DNA of 64,000 bases from a virus (Duplodnaviria > Caudoviricetes): the IMG/VR virus record IMGVR_UViG_3300020434_000055. The stretch is one strand, 5' to 3'. Under the pieces are notes generated by a model. The model saw only the letters and a list, made by a program, of their open reading frames with translations, did not search any database and was not told the DNA's origin. Made by a program: the position numbers and the translations under genes. Positions 9,288 to 17,654 of the stretch are shown piece by piece (positions within the stretch are counted from its first letter, which is position 1; every line of letters starts with the position of its first letter).

Positions 9288-9562
9288 TAATCTTTTTTAA
9301 CTGGACCTCCCCATTTATTAAAAAGATGTTTTAATACAGAACCATGAAAATTCTTTTCGTCTGTTTTAACATCATCCTTCATTTGGTATCCAAGTCCATG
9401 AGGACTCATCTTATGTATTTTAGGATCAAATGTTGAATGATTTTTCATATCTCTTTGATTTTTCTTGTGAGACCATTTACTTTTAGAAAATAGGCCACCA
9501 AGTCCTCGTTTTTTCTTTTTTCCGAACCATTTTCGGAACTTCTTTTTGTTTCTTTGAAACAT
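9287..9562 (-). CDS. Small basic hypothetical protein
   Basis: Lys-rich N-terminus. Confidence 0.55.
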   Translation of the reverse strand: MFQRNKKKFRKWFGKKKKRGLGGLFSKSKWSHKKNQRDMKNHSTFDPKIHKMSPHGLGYQMKDDVKTDEKNFHGSVLKHLFNKWGGPVKKD

Positions 9563-10139
9563 TGTTCTTCCTTTTCCTTACAAGGTACGTTTCGTTATTG
9601 CAAAAAGGCCATATTGTTTTTATAATTTTTGTTTCGAGGATTTTAATTTGATGTGGTTTTAAATGATTTAAATTCCACAATAATACTGGCAAATTCATAG
9701 GATCAAACTTGAACTTACATTTAAAATTTAAGTTCACAGGTTTAACCCTTCCGCTTGGTGTCTTCTCAAAATGGATAGGAATAGTCGGACTTCCTTCCAA
9801 TACATACTTACTGACACCTTCTCGCCAGCCTGCCGGAAATTGTTTGTAAGGCTCTTTTTTAATTTGTCTATTGTCACCCTTACCACAATATAATCCTCTA
9901 AGATCCACGTTTAATTTTAGTACGTGTGTGTCCATTCTCTTAAAAGATATTTGAGCTCCTAGACTTTTTGCTAGGCCCAAATAAAAATTCTTTTCCGGCC
10001 AAATATAATATAAACCTCTATGTGTACCTTCTAGTCCCTGGGATACTCTTTTTACTGTACTAGCTTTTGGTACCAAATGTTCATGGCCTTCATCTATAAA
10101 AATCTTTTTAATCTGTGCTAATCTCTTTAGAGTATCCAT
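9483..10139 (-). CDS. Hypothetical protein, possibly GIY-YIG-like nuclease
   Basis: GLYYI...FYLG and a late ILETKII segment loosely resemble GIY-YIG; weak. Confidence 0.4.
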   Translation of the reverse strand: MDTLKRLAQIKKIFIDEGHEHLVPKASTVKRVSQGLEGTHRGLYYIWPEKNFYLGLAKSLGAQISFKRMDTHVLKLNVDLRGLYCGKGDNRQIKKEPYKQFPAGWREGVSKYVLEGSPTIPIHFEKTPSGRVKPVNLNFKCKFKFDPMNLPVLLWNLNHLKPHQIKILETKIIKTIWPFCNNETYLVRKRKNNVSKKQKEVPKMVRKKEKTRTWWPIF

Positions 10140-10198
10140 AATTGTACCTTTTAGACGCTCACAGTTGCCCGTATTTTAGCGATGTATGTCATATGTAC

Positions 10199-10227
10199 AT
10201 AATAGCACATGAGTGCCAAACTGTCAA
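10199..10227 (-). promoter_or_regulatory. Sigma70-type promoter for the minus-strand block
   Basis: TTGACA-17-TATTAT on the minus strand. Confidence 0.65.
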
Positions 10228-10340
10228 CTAAAAGTACGTTTTTAGGCAATTTTTATTACATAGGTATTTAACTTTTGTAAATACATCATACAATAAACCA
10301 GATAATAACAAAAACAATAAAATTTAAATAATTACAATAT

Positions 10341-11006
10341 ATGACTAAAGTAGAATTTGATCCATACCTAGACGGTAAAAAAGTTTTCAACCCAGACATG
10401 ACAGTCGACATTAAAGACTTCATCGGAGTATTCGAAAAGGCTTATACTAAAGAATGGTGTGAATCTGCTATAAGATATTTTGAAAGAATGGACAAATTAG
10501 GATTCGGCAGATCAATTCAGGAAATAATAGGAACACCCAGACATTTAAAAGATACTAACAATTTTAATACATCTAGATTATACAGCCAAGGAGAAAATAT
10601 GTTGAGTATCGTAGGAGTTCCTGCAATACAAGATGTATTCTTAGAAACGTTTTGGTCTTGTTATAATGGAATATACAGACAAATGTTTTCATCATTACAA
10701 CCAGTTGAAACTGCTCCGCAAATGGTTTATGAAATGAAAATTCAAAAAACAAAACCGGGCGAAGGTTATCACGTTTGGCACTGGGAACAGATGAGTAGAT
10801 CAGATGTAACTAGATTTATGGTTATCCAAGTGTTCCTAAATGATGTTGAAGAAGGTGGCGAAACAGAATGGTTATACTATCCTCGAAGAATCAAAGCAAA
10901 GCAAGGAACATTATTAATTTTCCCTGGTAATTATACTCATACACATAGAGGTAATCAACCATTAAATGGATCTAAATATACAATTAATACTTGGCTAGAA
11001 TTTTAG
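10341..11006 (+). CDS. 2OG-Fe(II) oxygenase (prolyl-hydroxylase-like)
   Basis: KIQKTKPGEGYHVWHWE, YLND-like FLNDVEEGGETEW, GTLLIFP..YTHTHRG, SKY.INTW. Confidence 0.88.
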   Translation: MTKVEFDPYLDGKKVFNPDMTVDIKDFIGVFEKAYTKEWCESAIRYFERMDKLGFGRSIQEIIGTPRHLKDTNNFNTSRLYSQGENMLSIVGVPAIQDVFLETFWSCYNGIYRQMFSSLQPVETAPQMVYEMKIQKTKPGEGYHVWHWEQMSRSDVTRFMVIQVFLNDVEEGGETEWLYYPRRIKAKQGTLLIFPGNYTHTHRGNQPLNGSKYTINTWLEF

Positions 11007-11017
11007 AAAGATCTTTA

Positions 11018-11662
11018 ATGTCTAATGACCTTATTGAAGTTAGAGCTATTAGACCACCAAATGTTGGCTGGTTAGAAGTAATCCTCAACAAAGAAGCAAT
11101 GGACAAACTATGGAGTTATGTCGATGTCGCTAAAGAAAATGTAAATCATAAACTTGCTGGACAAATTACTGAAAGTTTAAAATTAGAAGACAAAGACGAT
11201 TGGTTTCTAAATAATGTTATACTACAAGTTAGACAAAAGTATGAAAAGGAATTTGGAATTCCTAGTGAATATAAAAGTTTTATTAATGATAAATGGTATG
11301 TCGAATTGAAATCTTTTTGGGTAAATTTTATGAATCAAAATGAATCAAACCCATACCATAATCATACAGGAGTTTATTCTTTTAATATCTGGATGAAGAT
11401 ACCAACTGACTGGAAAGAACAACATGAACTTCCTATTGTTAAAAATTCCAACTTTCCGACGGCTTCAAACTTTCAATTTTTTTATACTGATATGATGGGA
11501 AACCAGAGAGCATTTGATTATCGTTTAGATAAAAGTTGGGAAGGAAAAATGGTATTTTTTCCTGCTAAATTAATGCATACAGTTTATCCTTTTTATAATT
11601 GTGATGAAACAAGAATATCTATTGCTGGTAATCTAGGAATTAATGTAGTAAACCATGACTAA
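11018..11662 (+). CDS. 2OG-Fe(II) oxygenase-like protein (start revised from 10991)
   Basis: FWVNFM....NPYHNHTGVYSF.IW; GKMVFFPAKLMHTVYPF; RISIAGN. Confidence 0.85.
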   Translation: MSNDLIEVRAIRPPNVGWLEVILNKEAMDKLWSYVDVAKENVNHKLAGQITESLKLEDKDDWFLNNVILQVRQKYEKEFGIPSEYKSFINDKWYVELKSFWVNFMNQNESNPYHNHTGVYSFNIWMKIPTDWKEQHELPIVKNSNFPTASNFQFFYTDMMGNQRAFDYRLDKSWEGKMVFFPAKLMHTVYPFYNCDETRISIAGNLGINVVNHD

Positions 11663-12623
11663 ACCTAAATTAAGAATATTTGGAGACAGTTTTGCTGTAA
11701 ATCCTCCAGACAGGCAATCAAATTTTTATTCTGTAGATAAAAAACATATCGCTCTCATAGATGAATTTAAAAAAGTAGAAGACAATTATAGACCCTGGAT
11801 GCATCAAGTCGCTGATAAACTTGATATGGAATTAGTAAATCGTTCAGCCGTAGGAATTAGTCAAGACTGGACTATGGATAATATTCATCATGTTATGAAT
11901 GAAATTAGCCCCGATGACCAAGTTCTAATTCTTCTTACGCACCCTGCAAGGTTTTGGTTCTTTCATGACAAACCTACAATGACAAACGCCAATATAGCTA
12001 ATATTGATCAAGAAGTAGATAGCAATCGACTAGAAGCTGTTAAACATTATCTAACAACTATTCAAAGACCACCCCTTGACCTTTTAATGCAAAGTGAAAG
12101 AATGGGTTGGCTATCAGCAACTGCTCATAGATTAAAATGGAAACCTATTCAAATTGTTTATGGTTTTCCTCCTGTTATGTATCCTCAACAATCTGCTGAC
12201 AATTTTTACGGACCTTATATGGAATACGAAAAGTTTGAAAATTTAAAATGTTCTAAAGGTAACTTGCTTGATGACGTAGAATCTCTTGAAGTTAAAGAAG
12301 GAATAAATGAATTTGAATTATGGGAAGGATACGATACTAGATATAATCATTTAATCAAAAGTAATCATGTAATCCTATCTAATTTAATTGTTGAAGCAAT
12401 TAAAAACAAAGAGTGCGTTGATCTTAAATCAGCAAATTGGGTTAAACGAGTTATAGATTTTGATACGTTTAATAATGTAAAGTTTTGTGAAAAAGAAATG
12501 AATCCATATTACTTAAAACTTCGTAAAAAATTCTTTGAAAGTAGTACTAAAGAAGCAAGGATACCTTGGGCTGAACGACTTGGGATTTTTGAGAAATTTG
12601 CGAAAAAACCTAAAAAAGATTAA
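11655..12623 (+). CDS. Hypothetical protein, SGNH-hydrolase-like N-terminal motif
   Basis: LRIFGDSF block, NRSAVGIS, late YNH. Confidence 0.5.
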   Translation: MTKPKLRIFGDSFAVNPPDRQSNFYSVDKKHIALIDEFKKVEDNYRPWMHQVADKLDMELVNRSAVGISQDWTMDNIHHVMNEISPDDQVLILLTHPARFWFFHDKPTMTNANIANIDQEVDSNRLEAVKHYLTTIQRPPLDLLMQSERMGWLSATAHRLKWKPIQIVYGFPPVMYPQQSADNFYGPYMEYEKFENLKCSKGNLLDDVESLEVKEGINEFELWEGYDTRYNHLIKSNHVILSNLIVEAIKNKECVDLKSANWVKRVIDFDTFNNVKFCEKEMNPYYLKLRKKFFESSTKEARIPWAERLGIFEKFAKKPKKD

Positions 12624-12853
12624 TCTTCGTTTAATACTTTTTTACTTGTACTCGATTTCAAAAAGTTTTTTAAAGAAACTAACTTACCTTTCGTAGCAGA
12701 CAGTTTTTCTAATTGTTTTTCTACGGTTCCTACGTAATCAATATGTTCTGCAACTTGGCTTGATGGACTATTCAAATAAATGTATAAGTTGGCTTCAATA
12801 GCCTTTACTTCAGCTTCTAGCTTTTCTACAAGTGCATCTGTTATTTGTGTCAT
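12620..12853 (-). CDS. Hypothetical coiled-coil protein
   Basis: Heptad pattern; TAAATA at 12870-12875 (minus) and SD upstream. Confidence 0.6.
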   Translation of the reverse strand: MTQITDALVEKLEAEVKAIEANLYIYLNSPSSQVAEHIDYVGTVEKQLEKLSATKGKLVSLKNFLKSSTSKKVLNED

Positions 12854-12885
12854 AATTAACTACCCTTATTATTTATACTTAAATT

Positions 12886-12959
12886 TGGTGGAGGATCTGG
12901 GAGTTGAACCCAGGACTCATCCATGCCATGGATACGTGATCCCGCTTCACCAATCCCCC
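12886..12959 (-). tRNA. tRNA-Ala(GGC)
   Basis: Cloverleaf GGGGGAT/ATCCTCC with G3:U70 Ala identity pair, anticodon loop ATGGCAT, T-loop TTCAACT, encoded CCA. Confidence 0.95.
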
Positions 12960-13622
12960 TTAAAGGTTTACTTGACTGGCTCCTTCACCTACTGTTCCTC
13001 GAACAAAACAATTAAATGCTAAAGACCATCTTATTGTATTTTCAGTTAAGTTAGGACTAACACTATGTAATAAGTGACTAGGAAACATAACCAAGTCCCA
13101 CATTTTTGGTTTGAAAGACCAACCTTCTGCATTATAAACATTTAAATCTATTTCTGTTGGATCACCATAATCTATTCTGGCTGTGTCTGTAAAAACATTC
13201 CTCCACATTCTATCTTTATGAAAATTAATATTTCCTGTGTCTCCTATATGTGATAGGTATAACACTCCGCTAATCAAAGAGTTGGCATGAGAGTGTTCCC
13301 CACTCCAATCATTTCGTTCGTATTTGTTCATCCAACTAGTCTCCATTACAAATGTATGTTTTTTATCTACGCCTAAAAAATTATGTACATAACTATCAAG
13401 TTTAAATTGAACTTCTTCTTTTAATGGTTTACAAATAAGTTCGTCTAAAACATGAACATTAGTTGTATTTTGAGCATTAGAATATAAATGTGGTTTGTAT
13501 TCCAAATTCTTAAGATAATCTATAATTTCATCACTGACAGGATTTATATTAGTTTTGCATAAAGGTATTGCAAATAAAGGTGTTACTTCATTATCGGTAA
13601 CGTGTTGTTTTGCTGTAGTCAT
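12960..13622 (-). CDS. 2OG-Fe(II) oxygenase-like protein (TIGR02466-like)
   Basis: TPLFAIP, SWMN, HSHANSLISGVLY, LVMFPSHLLHSV, SLAFN. Confidence 0.88.
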   Translation of the reverse strand: MTTAKQHVTDNEVTPLFAIPLCKTNINPVSDEIIDYLKNLEYKPHLYSNAQNTTNVHVLDELICKPLKEEVQFKLDSYVHNFLGVDKKHTFVMETSWMNKYERNDWSGEHSHANSLISGVLYLSHIGDTGNINFHKDRMWRNVFTDTARIDYGDPTEIDLNVYNAEGWSFKPKMWDLVMFPSHLLHSVSPNLTENTIRWSLAFNCFVRGTVGEGASQVNL

Positions 13623-14182
13623 TATTTAAAATTAGGTCCAGTAAGCCACCCTGTCATGCTTATTCTATTTCCTGATGTAACCGGTTCTACACCATGCAAG
13701 GTATATGGTGGAAATACAACAACCGATCCTTTTTTCATATCAATATATAATCTATTATCTTTATGGAAATCATATTGAATATAAAACTTTCCGCCTTCAA
13801 ATTCATCATTAAGAAGAGCTACCACTGATAGTTTACGACACATACCATTATCAAAATACATTGTGTCTTGATGACCATCATAATGATCTCCTTCTTTATA
13901 AAATAACAATTCAAACTGTGAAGGGCCTGATAAAACATATTTCCAAACACTATCATTAGCTTTATTTGTTAGGCCATATAAAGTTAAACAAATTGGATCA
14001 AATTCATCAAGGTGTACCATTGTAACACTTCTTATGGCTTTGTCTTTAGTTTCTTCTGAAGCTATTTCTCCTTCAATTCTCTTTTTATCTTCAGATCTTT
14101 TTATAGTTAAATCTATAAGTTCTGTAGGAAGAGTACCTCCCGGAAATTCCCAATAAATATTTTCTCTAATTGGTTTAGTCAT
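13622..14182 (-). CDS. 2OG-Fe(II) oxygenase (PKHD-type hydroxylase-like)
   Basis: Y.EGDHYDGHQD, RKLSVV.LLNDEFEGG, GSVVVFP...HGVEPVTSGNRISM.GW. Confidence 0.9.
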   Translation of the reverse strand: MTKPIRENIYWEFPGGTLPTELIDLTIKRSEDKKRIEGEIASEETKDKAIRSVTMVHLDEFDPICLTLYGLTNKANDSVWKYVLSGPSQFELLFYKEGDHYDGHQDTMYFDNGMCRKLSVVALLNDEFEGGKFYIQYDFHKDNRLYIDMKKGSVVVFPPYTLHGVEPVTSGNRISMTGWLTGPNFK

Positions 14183-14183
14183 A

Positions 14184-14765
14184 TTATCTTGGCAAACCTG
14201 CCCCGGAAATTGCAGAAGTGTAATTAAAAGTTATTACTACTCTTTGTTCATGTTTTTGTGGGCAAGTACTTGAATGATAATACTTTCCATCAAAATCTAT
14301 CCAACTATTTTGCGATGGTGTACTTCTTGCCTGTTCTGTATAAGATTCAGAATCTTTAGTTTCATTATAAATTATGGTATCCCCATCAGAAGCAGTAATA
14401 TAATATAATCCTACAGTATGTGGTTGTGGACACGCTTCTGGATTATCTACGTGGGGTGGATGAATTAATTCAAAAGGTACTCTTGTTAACATACCAAGTC
14501 TAACTCGATATAACTCTCTTAGTTCTAAATTTTGTCTATCAAGAGCTGATAATAAAATTGGTAGTGCAATATCAATTACATCTGACGTTTGTCCTCCTTT
14601 ATCTCTAGAATATATAAGATGACTAAAACTAGAACCATAAGACTTAACTGGATCGTTAAAATTAGCAGTAACAGTTGAACGATACCATGGCGTTTCTTGA
14701 CTATCTAATTTTAACCTCACCATATTATAATGATTTGGTCCAAGTAAATTACTGATTTGTTTCAT
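14184..14765 (-). CDS. 2OG-Fe(II) oxygenase-like protein
   Basis: HPPHVD, GLYYI..SDGDT, P..N....FDG..YHSS, RVVITFN. Confidence 0.8.
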   Translation of the reverse strand: MKQISNLLGPNHYNMVRLKLDSQETPWYRSTVTANFNDPVKSYGSSFSHLIYSRDKGGQTSDVIDIALPILLSALDRQNLELRELYRVRLGMLTRVPFELIHPPHVDNPEACPQPHTVGLYYITASDGDTIIYNETKDSESYTEQARSTPSQNSWIDFDGKYYHSSTCPQKHEQRVVITFNYTSAISGAGLPR

Positions 14766-14771
14766 GTGTTC

Positions 14772-15854
14772 CTATTTATTGGCCTTCTTTGACGTTGCTT
14801 TTCTGAATTGAAGAAACTCTCTATTTTGCTTAACACAATTAGTTAGAGTTTCAATAGTTTTTGGGTCTGTTGTTTTTATAATTCCTCCGCCTAAATTAAA
14901 AATATAAGATGAATTTTCAAATTGTCTAAGATACCATAACGCATTTCTTAAAACATTAATTTTTCCTAATGATGGATCAGCTGTTAAAATTTCTGGATCC
15001 ATTCCTCCTTGAACAGTATAATTAGGTAAATGTTTCATAGCCCATTTAGGGTCAACATCAGAACTGATACTAATAACATCAACGCCAGTCCAATGACAAA
15101 ATTCTTTAACATCTTTTCCTATATCTCTAGGGTAACCAATTATTGGAACATTTGGAAATTCTTTTTTTAATTTTTCAACAATATAAGCAGTTGGATTATA
15201 ACAAAAGTCAATAAGATAATCTTCTCCTAACTCACCTGCCCAGCTATCAAAAATTTGTACGATATCACAACCAGCTTTAATTTGTTCTGACAAATGCATA
15301 ACAATAAGATCACACAATTTTTCTAATCTAAACATTGAATCAAATTGATCTAATGATGCCGGATCTGTATTTTTAGATATAGTGTATGGTGAATTAGCAT
15401 TTGATTTTGATCCAGACATCATATATCTTAATAATGTCCATGGTGCTCCAGCAAAACCTATTAATGATTTTCCTTCATGTAATTCTTTACGAACTAATTT
15501 AATTGCTTCATACACTGGTTTAAGTTTTTCTTTTACAACTTCAATATCAGCATTAAACACCGCAGGGTCTAATGGATCTAACTTAGGTCCAGGATTATAA
15601 ACTAATCCTTGCCCCATAGCCCAAGGTATAACCAAAATATCAGAAAAAATTATCGCGGCATCAAGATCAAATCTTTCCATTGGTTGAAGAGTTATCGTTT
15701 TAGCTGTTTCAGGAGTAAGGCACATATCTAAAAATCCTTTACTCTTGTTTTTAATTTCCATATATTCAGGTAGATAACGACCTGCCTGACGCATATACCA
15801 AACTGGAAATAAACCAGTTTCACCATTCATTATTGTTCTATGAAGTCTATTCAT
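14772..15854 (-). CDS. hemE: Uroporphyrinogen decarboxylase
   Basis: PVWYMRQAGRYLPEY, ITLQP..RF.LDAAIIFSDIL, LIGFAGAPWTL..YM, QIFDSWAG, VQGGMDP, IFNLGGGI (His of the usual NLGHG replaced by Gly). Confidence 0.95.
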   Translation of the reverse strand: MNRLHRTIMNGETGLFPVWYMRQAGRYLPEYMEIKNKSKGFLDMCLTPETAKTITLQPMERFDLDAAIIFSDILVIPWAMGQGLVYNPGPKLDPLDPAVFNADIEVVKEKLKPVYEAIKLVRKELHEGKSLIGFAGAPWTLLRYMMSGSKSNANSPYTISKNTDPASLDQFDSMFRLEKLCDLIVMHLSEQIKAGCDIVQIFDSWAGELGEDYLIDFCYNPTAYIVEKLKKEFPNVPIIGYPRDIGKDVKEFCHWTGVDVISISSDVDPKWAMKHLPNYTVQGGMDPEILTADPSLGKINVLRNALWYLRQFENSSYIFNLGGGIIKTTDPKTIETLTNCVKQNREFLQFRKATSKKANK

Positions 15855-15855
15855 A

Positions 15856-15884
15856 TTGACATTACCTTATAAATCTATTATAAT
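15856..15884 (+). promoter_or_regulatory. Consensus sigma70 promoter
   Basis: TTGACA(15856-61)-17 nt-TATAAT(15879-84). Confidence 0.8.
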
Positions 15885-15920
15885 ACTAATTATCTGGTTA
15901 AACGAGTATATAATTAAAGT

Positions 15921-16076
15921 ATGAAACGTAAAAAATTTAGATTAATTAGTAAAAAGAAATCTGTAGCATTTAGAGAACTAGCAGAAGGCTTTTGGTGCAT
16001 TGCCATTAAAGGACGACATTGGGCACAATTCAAGCATTGGTACCAAGAGTGGTGGAAGCCATTATACTGGGATTAA
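15921..16076 (+). CDS. Small basic Trp-rich protein (51 aa), not in ORF track
   Basis: MKRKKFRLISKKKSVAFRELAEGFWCIAIKGRHWAQFKHWYQEWWKPLYWD*; downstream of a consensus promoter. Confidence 0.6.
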   Translation: MKRKKFRLISKKKSVAFRELAEGFWCIAIKGRHWAQFKHWYQEWWKPLYWD

Positions 16077-16094
16077 ACACAACCATAGATCCTA

Positions 16095-16123
16095 TTGACA
16101 TAAATCATAAAATATACTACAAT
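16095..16123 (+). promoter_or_regulatory. Sigma70 promoter for the tRNA-like pair
   Basis: TTGACA(16095-100)-17 nt-TACAAT(16118-23). Confidence 0.75.
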
Positions 16124-16143
16124 AAGAATGCCTGATAAAGTTA

Positions 16144-16220
16144 TGGCTGGTAGTGTAATCGTTAAGAAAGCACACTAGGATCTCCAATCCTAAAATCTTG
16201 GTTCAATCCAAGTCAGTTAT
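16144..16220 (+). tRNA. Non-canonical tRNA-like gene, best read as Gly(TCC)
   Basis: Acceptor TGGCTGG/TCAGTTA (three G:U pairs), D-stem GTGT/GCAC, anticodon stem TAGGA/TCCTA with loop TCTCCAA (C33), 4-nt variable loop, T-stem CTTGG/CCAAG with 6-nt loop TTCAAT, discriminator U, no D-loop GG, no CCA. Confidence 0.6.
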
Positions 16221-16242
16221 ATGAAAATATTAGGTATAACAC

Positions 16243-16331
16243 GCGAGTGTGGTGGAAATGTGATTAGACACACCGATTTCAGAGATCGGCACCCGTAGCC
16301 GGGTTTTATGAGTAAAATCTCATCACTCGCA
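16243..16331 (+). tRNA. Non-canonical type II tRNA-Leu(CAG)-like gene
   Basis: Perfect acceptor GCGAGTG/CACTCGC, anticodon stem CCGAT/ATCGG with loop TTCAGAG, variable arm ACCCG/CGGGT, T-stem ATGAG/CTCAT with 6-nt loop TAAAAT (no TTC), discriminator A, no D-loop GG, no CCA. Confidence 0.7.
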
Positions 16332-16335
16332 TATG

Positions 16336-16356
16336 GGGGTGCTAACGTGGCACCCC
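16336..16356 (+). terminator. GC-rich hairpin after the tRNA-like pair (terminator or processing signal)
   Basis: GGGGTGC/GCACCCC stem, 7-nt loop; no clear U-tract. Confidence 0.45.
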
Positions 16357-16406
16357 TAATAACTAATAACAGTTAATAAACGTTATTAACAATATGGAGA
16401 TGCCAA

Positions 16407-16490
16407 ATGGCTAAAAAGAAAAAAGCTAAAGCTAAAACTAAGAAAAAGAAAAGTAAAAGCAAAAGCAAAAAGAAAAAAAGTAGAAGATAA
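16407..16490 (+). CDS. Lys-rich 27-aa peptide, not in ORF track
   Basis: MAKKKKAKAKTKKKKSKSKSKKKKSRR*; GGAG SD upstream. Confidence 0.65.
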   Translation: MAKKKKAKAKTKKKKSKSKSKKKKSRR

Positions 16491-16603
16491 GAATAAAATC
16501 CCTTCACACTTATATTGGAATTCGGACGAGTTGGTTCAACTCTGACGTCTATAAGTGTGACTGGGGAGTTAAAAGTCCTTCAAAGACGCTACTTAACAAT
16601 CCG

Positions 16604-16632
16604 TTGACAATACCAAAATAACCAACTATAAT
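16604..16632 (+). promoter_or_regulatory. Consensus sigma70 promoter of the RNase P RNA
   Basis: TTGACA(16604-09)-17 nt-TATAAT(16627-32); expected start near 16639, which is the first base of helix P1. Confidence 0.85.
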
Positions 16633-16638
16633 ATAACC

Positions 16639-16797
16639 ATAACTGGATCATCGCTGGGATTTATATCCTAGAGGAAAGTCAGGACACAGGTGGATATGTG
16701 CGAGTTCAAATAGGATGCCAAATATTCGACCACCGGGGCATCGGGTAGAACGCTTAGATTAATGATGATTTAAAACAGAATCCTGCTTACGGGTTAT
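16639..16797 (+). ncRNA. rnpB: Minimal RNase P RNA (catalytic domain only; no S-domain, no P18)
   Basis: GAGGAAAGTCAGGAC (16671-85) and ACAGAATCCTGCTTA (16775-89) form P4 with the bulged U; P1, P2, P3, P5, P6, P15, P16 and the L15 GGU all pair; AGATTAATGA matches the conserved J18/2 block. Confidence 0.92.
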
Positions 16798-16811
16798 ATA
16801 AAGGAAAAGGT

Positions 16812-17024
16812 ATGGTTAAAACATTAAAAAAAGAATATGAAAAAGGTGGCTCCCAGCGACAACATATTTTAGATAAAGCAGTCAAATATATATTAGATAC
16901 TCGCTTTGGTACGCAAAATCATAAACACATTTTCTTAATAGAAGAAGTAGGTTTAACTGAAACTGAATATTTAGAATGTTTAAATAAAGCTACCAATGGG
17001 GGAGTAATTTGGAACACAAATTAA
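16812..17024 (+). CDS. Hypothetical protein
   Basis: ORF track; SD AAGG upstream. Confidence 0.6.
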   Translation: MVKTLKKEYEKGGSQRQHILDKAVKYILDTRFGTQNHKHIFLIEEVGLTETEYLECLNKATNGGVIWNTN

Positions 17025-17653
17025 AAATAAGTCGAATGATAGATATCATTCAAGCTCATGCCCTGAGCTATCCGGGTGGCAGGCATATTGATAAAAGAGT
17101 TATATGGGCAATGACTCAGGTGCCTAGACATTTATTTGTAAAACACTTTCCATACGAAGATAGACCTGTACCAATCGGACACGAACAAACTATCTCTCAA
17201 CCTTTCATTGTTGCTTATATGAGTGATGTTATTGGCTTACAACCATTGCATAAAGTATTAGAAATAGGAACAGGCTCAGGATACCAAGCGGCTATACTAT
17301 CTCATTTAGCACATGAAGTTTATTCAGTAGAAAGAATTCCAGAGTTAACTGCAAGTGCAAAAAAATTATTTGAACATTTAGAGTATGACAATATTAAAAC
17401 AAAAATAAGCGATGGCTATGATGGATGGTCTGAAAACGCACCTTATGATAGAATTATTGTGACAGCAATGGCTAGTGAAGTTCCTGTTGAATTAACAAAA
17501 CAATTAGTAGATGGAGGAACAATGATTATTCCTGTTAATGGATCATTATTACTAATCACTAAAAAGAAAGAGTTAGCAGGTGTTCCAATAATAGAGGAAC
17601 AAACTTTAATAGGAGTAAGGTTCGTACCGCTTGTGAAAGGCATAAATGCATAG
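17009..17653 (+). CDS. pcm: Protein-L-isoaspartate O-methyltransferase
   Basis: VPRHLFV, YEDRPVPIGHEQTISQP, KVLEIGTGSGYQAA, YSVERI, DGYDGW...APYDRIIVTA. Confidence 0.95.
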   Translation: MEHKLKISRMIDIIQAHALSYPGGRHIDKRVIWAMTQVPRHLFVKHFPYEDRPVPIGHEQTISQPFIVAYMSDVIGLQPLHKVLEIGTGSGYQAAILSHLAHEVYSVERIPELTASAKKLFEHLEYDNIKTKISDGYDGWSENAPYDRIIVTAMASEVPVELTKQLVDGGTMIIPVNGSLLLITKKKELAGVPIIEEQTLIGVRFVPLVKGINA

Positions 17654-17654
17654 T

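Noticed and set aside
12780-13022. Plus-strand 80-aa ORF in the track
   Set aside because: Spans the antisense of tRNA-Ala and two minus-strand genes.
16144-16220. Reading the first tRNA-like gene as tRNA-Trp(CCA)
   Set aside because: This needs a 5-nt anticodon loop; the 7-nt loop gives TCC, and the U discriminator and 4-nt variable loop fit Gly better. Identity is still uncertain.
16243-16331. Reading the long-arm tRNA as tRNA-Sec (TCA) or a suppressor
   Set aside because: With the 5-bp anticodon stem, positions 34-36 are CAG; the acceptor stem is 7 bp and the discriminator is A, which fits Leu.
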